NCBI GenBank assembly: GCA_947450165.1
Contig: CANFUJ010000001.1
Coordinates: 5,600-69,599, forward strand
Length of the DNA: 64,000 bases
Direction of reading: 5' to 3'
Source: Chitinophagaceae bacterium
Lineage (GTDB): Bacteria; Bacteroidota; Bacteroidia; Chitinophagales; Chitinophagaceae
Program-made: the position numbers and the translations under genes
Shown here: piece after piece, positions 51,622-59,631 of the stretch
How positions within the stretch are numbered: the stretch's first letter is position 1
Layout: each line of letters begins with the position of its first letter
Notes under the pieces: generated by a model
Seen by the model: only the letters and a program-made list of their open reading frames with translations
Told to the model about the DNA's origin: nothing
Database searches by the model: none

Positions 51622-51879
51622 ATGAAATTCGGGTTCCGCATACCAAACCTCAACAAACGCATAGCAGCAAGAACATCTTTAAAAAGATATGTTCGGCAAA
51701 ACTTGGGTTTCAAAGCACCGAGAGGATGGGGCTGGGTAACCAATCCGAAAAAGGCTTTGTACAATCGAGTATACAATAGAACAACATCGGGATGCATGGT
51801 GGTACTAATGATATTGCTGGGGTTTTTGAGTTGCGCTGTAATTGTTGTAACTATTTTAATTGATCATTTAAAAAAATAA
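51622..51879 (+). CDS. Small basic membrane-anchored protein (copy 2)
   Basis: First about 60 aa nearly identical to 49446..49691; the TM tail differs. Confidence 0.75.
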   Translation: MKFGFRIPNLNKRIAARTSLKRYVRQNLGFKAPRGWGWVTNPKKALYNRVYNRTTSGCMVVLMILLGFLSCAVIVVTILIDHLKK

Positions 51880-51887
51880 TTATTTAT

Positions 51888-52481
51888 ATGTGCAAAGTAT
51901 CGGATAAACTATTGTTATGCACCTGCAAAGCAGAAAATGTCGACAGTCTTAAAAACTATTGGGTTTTATATAGACGCAATAAAAATAAAGATATGATGAT
52001 AATGGGGTCGATGATAATGCCTTATGCTCCCGAAGAAAATATCGAAAAATATAATGAGGATGCGCTGTTGAGATTAATGAATACGCCTTCTACATTTGAT
52101 GTTGAATTAAATCCAAATGCTGGCGACAGAATTCAATTACATTTTACAATCAATGAAGAACAATTCATGAATTATGGATTTGAATATAAAAGTTCGAAAT
52201 GGGTTTTGAAGGAATACAATCAGTTTGGATGGGATGAAAAATATGATGAAAGTAAACATGGAAAAATTGTAAATGCGCTAGAATCAAAAACTCAAAATAG
52301 CACCAGAAAATACGATCTTACAACTTCTACTGAAAGTGTACTTGATGAAAAAGAAAAACGTCTCATGGAATTAATTAATAGGAATGCCCCAAAAACAGAG
52401 GCAGAAAAAGCGTTGATAAAACAAATAGAAGAAATTGAAAAAAAAGGATACATTATTGATATCCCTTCATCTGGATTTTGA
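51888..52481 (+). CDS. Hypothetical protein
   Basis: 197-aa ORF, N-terminal CKV..LCTC. Confidence 0.55.
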   Translation: MCKVSDKLLLCTCKAENVDSLKNYWVLYRRNKNKDMMIMGSMIMPYAPEENIEKYNEDALLRLMNTPSTFDVELNPNAGDRIQLHFTINEEQFMNYGFEYKSSKWVLKEYNQFGWDEKYDESKHGKIVNALESKTQNSTRKYDLTTSTESVLDEKEKRLMELINRNAPKTEAEKALIKQIEEIEKKGYIIDIPSSGF

Positions 52482-52628
52482 TGGTCTTGTTATTATCAGT
52501 TTATGCAAGCATTTATTTGACCTGTTATCCAAATTAATCCGAATTTAGTTAGTGTACTATCTGATTTCATTAAAAAATAGATAGTGGATTGAGATTCTCC
52601 AGCAGCGCAAAAGATTCAATATGCGAAT

Positions 52629-52654
52629 TATTCACCGCAAAAATGCGGTGAATA
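52629..52654. terminator. Perfect hairpin between convergent genes
   Basis: tattcaccgca-aaaa-tgcggtgaata, 11-bp stem. Confidence 0.55.
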
Positions 52655-52839
52655 TGGAGTTTTTTCGCCGCAAAAAAACGTATTTTCTTCAGTTTCTAAT
52701 TATTTTATGAAACTTTCCAATTTGGTTTTGTGTCATTATTGAAATAGTTAACTTTCTTAACAATCAATGACGCTATAAACAAAAATATAACTCTTAACAA
52801 GTGTTTCTATTTGATACTTGATATTTGAAAAACATGATA

Positions 52840-53436
52840 TCATAGCATTAATTTCACTTGTTCAGATAATTTGAAGTATTCCTTGAAACAGGAAAAAGTT
52901 ATGTTAGCATCCTCAAGAGCATTGTGATAATTACCATCTCGTTCAATCTTAAACATTTCAGATACACTCTTTAAACTCATCGACTTAGGTCTTTTAATTC
53001 CGTTGTTATCGAATATTTTATAGAAAACAAATGAAATAGTCAATAAGTCAATCAATTTGGATGAGAAAGGCCATGGTAAATTTAAATCGCTATATTTAAA
53101 TTTAAGAAAGTTAATATCATTAATTACGCTTTGGCCACACAAAATAATATCATACAAATTATCGTTTTGCTTTCTTTTTAAATTCTTTCTCAACCAATTT
53201 TCAAGATCTTCAAATACATCATAAGCAGATGGTGCTTCTTCCAAGTCGTACAAAGAAATACCATGTATTTCTTCTGAACATTTCGAAATTGTTTCGGGGT
53301 TATCAGGGTACACTAAACTTTCAAATTCTGAAATCTTTTTCCAGTTTTCATCAGCTAGTACTGCTCCAATCTGAATTATATCATGATAATCGGATTCGGA
53401 CCCTGTCATTTCTAAGTCAAAAATCAAGTATGGCAT
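52840..53436 (-). CDS. DEDDh 3'-5' exonuclease
   Basis: IFDLEMTG, CGQSVINDINFL, YHNALEDA. Confidence 0.9.
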   Translation of the reverse strand: MPYLIFDLEMTGSESDYHDIIQIGAVLADENWKKISEFESLVYPDNPETISKCSEEIHGISLYDLEEAPSAYDVFEDLENWLRKNLKRKQNDNLYDIILCGQSVINDINFLKFKYSDLNLPWPFSSKLIDLLTISFVFYKIFDNNGIKRPKSMSLKSVSEMFKIERDGNYHNALEDANITFSCFKEYFKLSEQVKLML

Positions 53437-53499
53437 ATTATGTATTTTAAATTACCACTATCTCCGTATCTTCTTTCGTCTCTCCAACCAAAATAATCA

Positions 53500-53600
53500 T
53501 CTAAACGAAATCCCGAAATCCATCTTCCTCAAATATAATAATTCCCCTTCTCATCACCCTTCCGTAAATGCAGTAGTTGATAAACGCTTATGTTTTAAAC
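53500..53600 (-). repeat. Imperfect ~90-bp repeat, copy 1 (copy 2 at 57764-57854), containing a TATATTTG -7 box on the minus strand
   Basis: caaatataataa.ttcccc.tctcat.ac.cttccgtaa...cag.a.ttgataaacg..tat.ttt.aaac present in both copies. Confidence 0.8.
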
Positions 53601-53683
53601 AAAACTGAATAAAACTAACTATAAATCCTCCTAATTATTTTTTGAGCGTTGGCTGCTGTCTTTTTCTTCAGATCAGCAATTTG

Positions 53684-54712
53684 TCAATTTACATTTTTAA
53701 TAAATTTCACTAATCCTGTAAAATAAGTCTGTTGGTCATCATAAAAACAACAATGACTACCATTTGTACAGAGTAAAAATTCTCCATTGGGTATTTGTTT
53801 ACTCATCCATTCCATATAATTGGGGTCCATTGTGTCAAAGGTTGCACCAATTACAAGTGTTGGAACTTTTATGTTTTTTAATTCCTTGCTAATGTCCCAA
53901 TTCGCCAATTTTCCCGAAACGCCAAATTCACTTGGTCCTTGCATGTTGACATAGAGTTCGTTATTTAACTTTCCGAACATTCTGTTGATGGGTTCTGGCC
54001 ATTCTGCTAACCGTAAAACGTGTTTTGCATAAAAATTAGGCAATAACAATTCCATGTATTTTGGATTTTGGAAATCGCCTTTTTTCTCTATTTCTCGTAC
54101 CGTATCTAAAACAGCAGGAGGCATTTGTTTTGCTAAAACTTCATTTGCGTATTTTCCATATTCAGGGCAGCTTGCCATCATGTTAGAAATAACTAACCCT
54201 TTAATATTGTCTTGATATTTAAGGGCATATTGCATGGCAAGAATGCCACCCCAGGAATGTCCATACAAGAAGAAATTACTTTTATCCAAATTCAACGCTT
54301 TACGAACTTGTTCTACTTCTTCAACATATCGTGGCAGGTCATACAAAGACGTGTCTTTTGGATTGTCTGAATTGCCACAAGCAAGTTGGTCGTAATAGAT
54401 AAATTCTATGCCTTCTTTTGGTAAAAAACTTTCAAAACATTCGTAACCATCGTGTGATCCGCCTGGTCCACCGTGCAAAATTAAAACTTTCATGGATGGG
54501 TTATTTCCAATACGCTTAGTCCACACATTAAACGTTCCTTTTGGCGTGGTGATGGGAATAACTTTAATTCCTCCTGTTTGTACACCACTGTCTAAGTTTG
54601 AAAAGTATGATGATGCTTTTTCTGATGAAGCGTTATCATTTTTGTTTGTACAAGAATGAAGTGTTAACAATGCTGTCAACGAAAGGAATAAGTAAAAAAT
54701 ATTTTTTTTCAT
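53684..54712 (-). CDS. Proline iminopeptidase-family hydrolase, lipoprotein
   Basis: Lipobox LHSC; LHGGPGG, YDQL..G.SD, GHSWGG, TFDTM, GSH. Confidence 0.9.
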   Translation of the reverse strand: MKKNIFYLFLSLTALLTLHSCTNKNDNASSEKASSYFSNLDSGVQTGGIKVIPITTPKGTFNVWTKRIGNNPSMKVLILHGGPGGSHDGYECFESFLPKEGIEFIYYDQLACGNSDNPKDTSLYDLPRYVEEVEQVRKALNLDKSNFFLYGHSWGGILAMQYALKYQDNIKGLVISNMMASCPEYGKYANEVLAKQMPPAVLDTVREIEKKGDFQNPKYMELLLPNFYAKHVLRLAEWPEPINRMFGKLNNELYVNMQGPSEFGVSGKLANWDISKELKNIKVPTLVIGATFDTMDPNYMEWMSKQIPNGEFLLCTNGSHCCFYDDQQTYFTGLVKFIKNVN

Positions 54713-54749
54713 TTTATTGATTTGAAGTGGTTGATAGTTTTGATGTCAG

Positions 54750-54845
54750 ATAAGGTTGCAACAAACGATTTGTGTGCATGTAATCGTAACCCTGTGTTAC
54801 ATCTTCTGCAAGGTTATAGCACTTGCAAGCTGGTATAGGCTGCCA
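54750..54845 (-). other. Degenerate attC-like site ending the cassette array
   Basis: After the stop: GCAGCCTATACCAGC...TGCTATAACC. CTATAAC is complementary to this cassette's GTTATAG start, but R' is unclear. Confidence 0.4.
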
Positions 54846-54849
54846 TATT

Positions 54850-55341
54850 TTATCCTACTACATTTATACAATCAATGTTTGGATTGTATTGAATTTCCAA
54901 ATCATTGTTTTTCCATTTAGCTTTACAACTTTTCAATCTGTCACTTCCACCTTGGTTATAATAATAGCTAAGAAAATTTTCAATTAAATCTTCTACTAGC
55001 ACTATTTCTCCATCTTTTATGTCTTTGGGAATAACATATGCTGCCTCTTTCGGAAATTCAAATTTGTAATATTCATAGGTCCAATCCTGAACAACTTCAA
55101 AATCTTCCGAATAACCTCTTTCATCTCTGAAGTCGTATATTTTGAATTTCTTTCCAGACTTTTTATTTTTCATTATGCAGTATTTGCCTTTCACAGTTGA
55201 AAATGGCTCAACATTTTTGAAAATCAGATTAGCCCCTTTGGCTATTGCATTATCAATACTTTTTTGACCACGTAATGTCTCAATCTTTCTAAGATTATCA
55301 ATTCCGCTTTTCTTGCTTTTCCAAAAATTCCAAAATGCCAT
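54850..55341 (-). CDS. Hypothetical protein (cassette 4, ORF b)
   Basis: 163-aa ORF; starts 1 nt after the upstream stop. Confidence 0.6.
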   Translation of the reverse strand: MAFWNFWKSKKSGIDNLRKIETLRGQKSIDNAIAKGANLIFKNVEPFSTVKGKYCIMKNKKSGKKFKIYDFRDERGYSEDFEVVQDWTYEYYKFEFPKEAAYVIPKDIKDGEIVLVEDLIENFLSYYYNQGGSDRLKSCKAKWKNNDLEIQYNPNIDCINVVG

Positions 55342-55342
55342 A

Positions 55343-55585
55343 TCAGATTCTTTTTGCGTTAATTTTTAAACAAGTTTCTGGTCTCTTATTCAATAGAAAC
55401 ACAACCTCATCATCAGATAAAAATTCAATATTCAGAACAGATTTATTGCAATGGATACAATTCCTCTCAATGTCATTCTTTCCCGGCATTATATTCCCCC
55501 ATTCAACATCTCTTGGACATTGCATTTTCTTGACAAATTCTCCTTTGTCTGTATAAAGCTCTTTTGTGTCAACTTTGTATTGCAT
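55343..55585 (-). CDS. Small Cys-containing hypothetical protein (cassette 4, ORF a)
   Basis: 80 aa; QCP..W..M..RNCIHC..C; starts about 20 nt after a GTT core. Confidence 0.6.
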   Translation of the reverse strand: MQYKVDTKELYTDKGEFVKKMQCPRDVEWGNIMPGKNDIERNCIHCNKSVLNIEFLSDDEVVFLLNKRPETCLKINAKRI

Positions 55586-55604
55586 TTAGCTTTTGTCTTT
55601 TGTT

Positions 55605-55742
55605 TAACTATAACTGTTCGCAGCTAACCGAAGGGAGGTAGTTTTACTGCAAAGCCTGATTTCAAAAACTAATGTTTGATTAATCACAAAACTGTCTTTG
55701 TAATTCAAAACCTTGCCTTTTGGGTAGGTGCTGTTATAGCCA
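55605..55742 (-). other. attC-like site (long type)
   Basis: Minus strand: GGCTATAAC-AGCACCTACCCAAAAGG...CCTTCGGTTAGCTGCGAACA-GTTATAG; imperfect inverted repeat right after the gene. Confidence 0.75.
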
Positions 55743-55768
55743 GTATATTTATAATTCATGTCTTCCAC

Positions 55769-56281
55769 TTACTTTAATAGCAGGAATAATAACAGAAAAA
55801 TTACAATTCCTAAAATTAGATATAATACAATTTTATTATTGGACCCTTTTTCATATCTTGAATAAATGTGATTTAAAAAAATATCTATTGTTGGTTCCTC
55901 CTCAAAATTGCCATGATTTAAATGTGTTCCTAATTCTGGAGTGGAACCAATCATATATCTATCATTGCCATTTTCTGATGGGTTTGATTTTTCAAGTGTA
56001 TAGTATTTCGTAATTTTTCTTTTAAAATCAAAGAACAATAAACCAAATTTAGCTTCTGTCATTTTTAATGGTTCAGGAAAAATGTACATCCCTACAGATT
56101 TTGTTTTTGAAAGAATTTTATGCTCAATTATCAAATCATCAGAACTAAAATCATTTTCTTCTTTACTTAGGATTTCTTTTATAAATATTTCATCTAACAA
56201 TTTAACTTGTTTGATTTTGCCTTTTTTGAATTCATCTATTAAGTAAGGGATTAACCTGTATGCAAGATCGTAACGTCTCAT
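55769..56281 (-). CDS. Hypothetical protein with C-terminal TM helix (cassette 3)
   Basis: 170 aa, bounded by attC-like sites. Confidence 0.65.
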   Translation of the reverse strand: MRRYDLAYRLIPYLIDEFKKGKIKQVKLLDEIFIKEILSKEENDFSSDDLIIEHKILSKTKSVGMYIFPEPLKMTEAKFGLLFFDFKRKITKYYTLEKSNPSENGNDRYMIGSTPELGTHLNHGNFEEEPTIDIFLNHIYSRYEKGSNNKIVLYLILGIVIFLLLFLLLK

Positions 56282-56302
56282 TTTATATCATTTTGTGTAT
56301 AT

Positions 56303-56384
56303 TAACTATAACGGTTTGCGTGTAAGCGATGTGCCTTGTGTTGCGCCCAGGCAAGGCAATATTGCTTACACGTTGTTAGTTGTA
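56303..56384 (-). other. attC-like site
   Basis: Minus strand: TACAACTAAC-AACGTGTAAGC-AATATTGCCTTGCC...GGCACATC-GCTTACACGC-AAACC-GTTATAG. Confidence 0.85.
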
Positions 56385-56385
56385 G

Positions 56386-57132
56386 TTATTTCTTGTAGCA
56401 TATTATTTTATCAGCGTGTTTAATTTTCAATTCGTTAAGTGGTCGTGTTACATTTAAATTATCTTTTTTCAATATGATTCCATTTTTTGTGTTGAAAAGA
56501 ATCCATTCTTCACCATACGAAAATTGATTTACTTCATTCGTAATCAGTCCGTATATATAGTCAAGAAAATTTTGAAAGGCAGGAAATATGTTTGTTTTTA
56601 TTGAGATTCTTGAATAAGGCAAGGATAAAAATCCATCAAAATATATTGTTATGATATTCATCTCATTGTACCAAATATTGTCTTCTTTTGGAATAAATTC
56701 AATTAGCTTTTCATCGTATTCAACATCGAGTATTGAATGCCATTCTAAAAGACAATCACTATTAGATTCTAGGCCATATTTTGTATTACTAAAAGCATTT
56801 CGTATTTCACCCGTCAAATGATATGCTTGTAATCGTTTTTTCAAAATAGGTTTAATTGAATCATCTACAAATGAAGGTCTACAATTAAGCCACCAACTTA
56901 TATAGTCTCTTTTGCACGAAACATTTCTTTTAGGAAACTCAATCAAATTGATTACATCTTGTAAATCGTTATGCCAATCGTCTGACCAATATAATGGATT
57001 ATATCCCTCGCTTATTGAATAACAAATTTGTTCTATGTCTTGGTCGTCATATGGGAATAAGTTTTTTGTTATAAAAACACTCGAAGAATCCGAGGTTTGA
57101 ATAATTAAAAGTTCATTTTCTTTTCTTTTCAT
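56386..57132 (-). CDS. Hypothetical protein (cassette 2)
   Basis: 248 aa; the stop abuts attC and the start lies 14 nt after the previous core. Confidence 0.7.
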   Translation of the reverse strand: MKRKENELLIIQTSDSSSVFITKNLFPYDDQDIEQICYSISEGYNPLYWSDDWHNDLQDVINLIEFPKRNVSCKRDYISWWLNCRPSFVDDSIKPILKKRLQAYHLTGEIRNAFSNTKYGLESNSDCLLEWHSILDVEYDEKLIEFIPKEDNIWYNEMNIITIYFDGFLSLPYSRISIKTNIFPAFQNFLDYIYGLITNEVNQFSYGEEWILFNTKNGIILKKDNLNVTRPLNELKIKHADKIICYKK

Positions 57133-57145
57133 CGTGATTTATAAT

Positions 57146-57229
57146 TACAACTAACGTTTTGCGTGTAGGCGATGTTGCCTTGTGTTGCGCCTGCGGCAAG
57201 GCAATATTGCTTACACGCTGTTATGAGTA
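57146..57229 (-). other. attC-like site
   Basis: Minus strand: TACTCATAAC-AGCGTGTAAGC-AATATTGCCTTGCC...GGCAACATC-GCCTACACGC-AAAAC-GTTAGTTG; near-identical to the 56303 site. Confidence 0.85.
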
Positions 57230-57235
57230 GGTAGA

Positions 57236-57685
57236 TTAGAATTCATTATTCAAGATTGGTAAACAATTATTTTGATTTAAATAATGTCGTAATGAAATTG
57301 ATTCAATGTATGCGGGTGGGTTGTTTAGATTTGAATAAATTACCAAAAATATTAATGAATCGAATGTGTTCTCGGTCATGACATTCTGGAAATATAAATA
57401 GCTATTATTATAAGTTCCTCTTGGTGCTTTAAGGCGTCCATTAAGATTTTGATTTTTAAATGTACCATCATTTTGAATTGTTCCACCTTTACCAATATAC
57501 AATATCTGATGATTGTCTGAATTGCATATTGCATAAATACCATAATTCATTTGAACATGAAGGTTGATTAAATTGTCATAGTATTGTTTACCATCATTTG
57601 CATTCATATTGGCTAATTGAATAGTAAATTGATTACTTCCATTAGCCAAAGGGGTTGTCAGGTTTAAAAGCTCATTTATTGTCAT
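57236..57685 (-). CDS. GIY-YIG-like nuclease (cassette 1)
   Basis: YGIYAI..ILYIGKGG..LNGRL..IES. Confidence 0.7.
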   Translation of the reverse strand: MTINELLNLTTPLANGSNQFTIQLANMNANDGKQYYDNLINLHVQMNYGIYAICNSDNHQILYIGKGGTIQNDGTFKNQNLNGRLKAPRGTYNNSYLYFQNVMTENTFDSLIFLVIYSNLNNPPAYIESISLRHYLNQNNCLPILNNEF

Positions 57686-57705
57686 ATATTTGTTACTTTA
57701 TTACT

Positions 57706-57740
57706 TACTCATAACTCGCTTATACCCGAAATTTCCATCG
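57706..57740 (-). other. Leading GTT core (attI-like or truncated attC)
   Basis: ...GGGTATAAGCGA-GTTATGAGTA; the last 10 nt are the exact complement of cassette 1 R'' (TACTCATAAC). Confidence 0.5.
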
Positions 57741-57763
57741 TCTATCCATCCAATAATAGTTCT

Positions 57764-57854
57764 CTAAGCGAGATCCCCTCCCCCAAATATAATAAATTCC
57801 CCCTCTCATTACGCTTCCGTAACACAGCAATTGATAAACGTGTATTTTTTAAAC
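57764..57854 (-). promoter_or_regulatory. Repeat copy 2; candidate Pc-like promoter for the cassette array
   Basis: TTATTATATTTG (TAnnTTTG) on the minus strand, about 70 nt upstream of the first cassette core. Confidence 0.5.
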
Positions 57855-58039
57855 CCATATTTTGCAGCTGAAATCTATTAAAAGAAAAAAATGCTTCTAA
57901 TACAAGCGTTTGCATGATTTTTTGATCTTATCATATGTCAATATGTTCGCGACCAAAAAATCGGCTCAACCTTTATTGCCTTTTTTCTTTTCATCACGAT
58001 TCCAACTGCAAAATCCGGGTTATTCAAAACCGAAAAACA

Positions 58040-59266
58040 CTAACTATACATCCCCATAATCGTACTCATCTCCTTCTTCACCTTCGAACCCGTTATTTTC
58101 GCATATTCTTGAGTATGTTTAATCGTACTATGGCCAAGCATCTTACTCACGGTTTCGAGAGAGATACCATTGCTTAAAGTAATGGTGGTAGCAAAAGTGT
58201 GACGACCCAAGTGCATAAATATTTTCCTATCAATATTCGCCAGCAATGCAACCTCTTTCAACTTACCATTAAGCTTAGAGTTGTATGGAACCTTCCAGCG
58301 GAAATTTCTAAAATCAGCGTCTATGGAATATTTCAATAAGATTTTTTCAGCGGTTGGTAACAACGGTATCAAACTCATGATTTCCGTTTTGTAACGAGCT
58401 TTATGAATAAACTTGCTTCCATCCTGGTCGATGTTGATATGTCCTTTCTTGAGTTCTTTGATATCCGAATAAGCCAGACCGGTATAGCAAGCAAATAAAA
58501 ATAAATCACGGGCGAGTTCTAAATCTGGTTTTAGATCGGACACCTTCTCCATTTGTTCTAATTCTTCTATGGAAAGATATTCTCTGTTCACTGGCTTTCT
58601 TTTAAAATGAATCGAATCAAAAGGGTTCTTTTGGATTACACCCGATTCAATGGCTATTTTTAAAACAGTTCTTAGCACACTTAATAAAGAGGTAACCGAG
58701 TTTTGACCATTCTGTTTTTCTTTACGCAGAAAGTTGCTGAATTTGTTGATGAAGTCTACATCAATTCCACTAACGGGATAGTTTTTAAAATTCCTACTGC
58801 TCATCAGAAACTCTTCAAGATATCGTTTAACTCTTTTGTACTTATAAAAAGTAGTACCCTGCATATCAATATCAACGGACTCTTCCAGCTCTTTTATTTT
58901 TATATCCATGTATTCCATCACGGACTGGGGTGCTGGTTCTTTCCCTTTGATACAATCGATAAGCTCGTTGACGCTAAATGGTTTTTTACTTTCCTTTAGT
59001 TCACGGTAGCGCTCTTTGGATTTTTCTCTGATGAGTACCAGTTCTTCATTGATAGCAATGGCCTCATCATTAACTGGGTCAACCATGTTTTTTTCCGAGA
59101 TCCAGTAATCAGCATGGCAAGAAAGACCTGTTACGATGTCTTTTCTGGTTTTGTGATAATTTACCCGCATTACAATAGGATGTTCTCCATTTTCATAGGC
59201 AAATGTTCTTCTAAGATGGAAATGGATGCTGAATTCAGCCGATTCCATTAGATTGTTTCTTCTCAT
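58040..59266 (-). CDS. Tyrosine integrase (Bacteroidota ICE/mobilizable-transposon type: Arm-binding + SAM-like + catalytic)
   Basis: RDLFLFACYTGLAYSDI, RYKT, HLGRHTFAT, MLGH, TQEYA. Confidence 0.95.
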   Translation of the reverse strand: MRRNNLMESAEFSIHFHLRRTFAYENGEHPIVMRVNYHKTRKDIVTGLSCHADYWISEKNMVDPVNDEAIAINEELVLIREKSKERYRELKESKKPFSVNELIDCIKGKEPAPQSVMEYMDIKIKELEESVDIDMQGTTFYKYKRVKRYLEEFLMSSRNFKNYPVSGIDVDFINKFSNFLRKEKQNGQNSVTSLLSVLRTVLKIAIESGVIQKNPFDSIHFKRKPVNREYLSIEELEQMEKVSDLKPDLELARDLFLFACYTGLAYSDIKELKKGHINIDQDGSKFIHKARYKTEIMSLIPLLPTAEKILLKYSIDADFRNFRWKVPYNSKLNGKLKEVALLANIDRKIFMHLGRHTFATTITLSNGISLETVSKMLGHSTIKHTQEYAKITGSKVKKEMSTIMGMYS

Positions 59267-59454
59267 TTTATAAAATTTAAGGTTTAAAAGTGCATAAAAT
59301 TTCGTTTCGATTTTGGTGCAAAACGAAGCAATTCAATGCGTAAAAAACGAGAAAGAAGAAGTGTGAGTTACGTGATTTTCTGTTGCAAGTATGTTGCCAA
59401 ATTAGGGCAACATTGAGGCGACTTATGCACGTATATGCATTTTAAAAATGTAAA

Positions 59455-59495
59455 AAGGCCTGAAAAACAGCTATTTGCACGTTTTTGCAGGCCTT
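59455..59495. terminator. Hairpin next to the att site
   Basis: aaggcctg-aaaaac...gttttt-g-caggcctt. Confidence 0.55.
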
Positions 59496-59496
59496 C

Positions 59497-59524
59497 TGGT
59501 GGTGTGGGCCGTCAATGGACCGGC
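59497..59524 (-). other. Degenerate tRNA 3' end (T-arm + acceptor strand + CCA); candidate att junction
   Basis: Minus strand: GCCGG-TCCATTG-ACGGC-CCACACC-A-CCA, the exact 5-7-5/7/1/3 tRNA geometry, with a mutated T-loop and one stem mismatch. Confidence 0.6.
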
Positions 59525-59631
59525 AATAATAAAACAATATAATACAATGCTTTTCAAGTAGTTATAATTATTTTTAAGAAAATAATACCATAAAATTAGA
59601 GTACAATGTACTCTATTCGGTATATTTGAGT

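Noticed and set aside
56303-57229. The two near-identical repeats as a CRISPR array
   Set aside because: The units are about 80 nt and are separated by a whole gene; there are no spacers or cas genes.
58040-59266. This integrase as the integron integrase IntI
   Set aside because: It has an ICE-type N-terminal arm-binding domain, is co-oriented with the cassettes rather than divergent, and I see no IntI-specific insertion.
59497-59524. A functional tRNA gene
   Set aside because: Only the 3' 28 nt are present, the T-loop is non-canonical, and there is no D- or anticodon arm.
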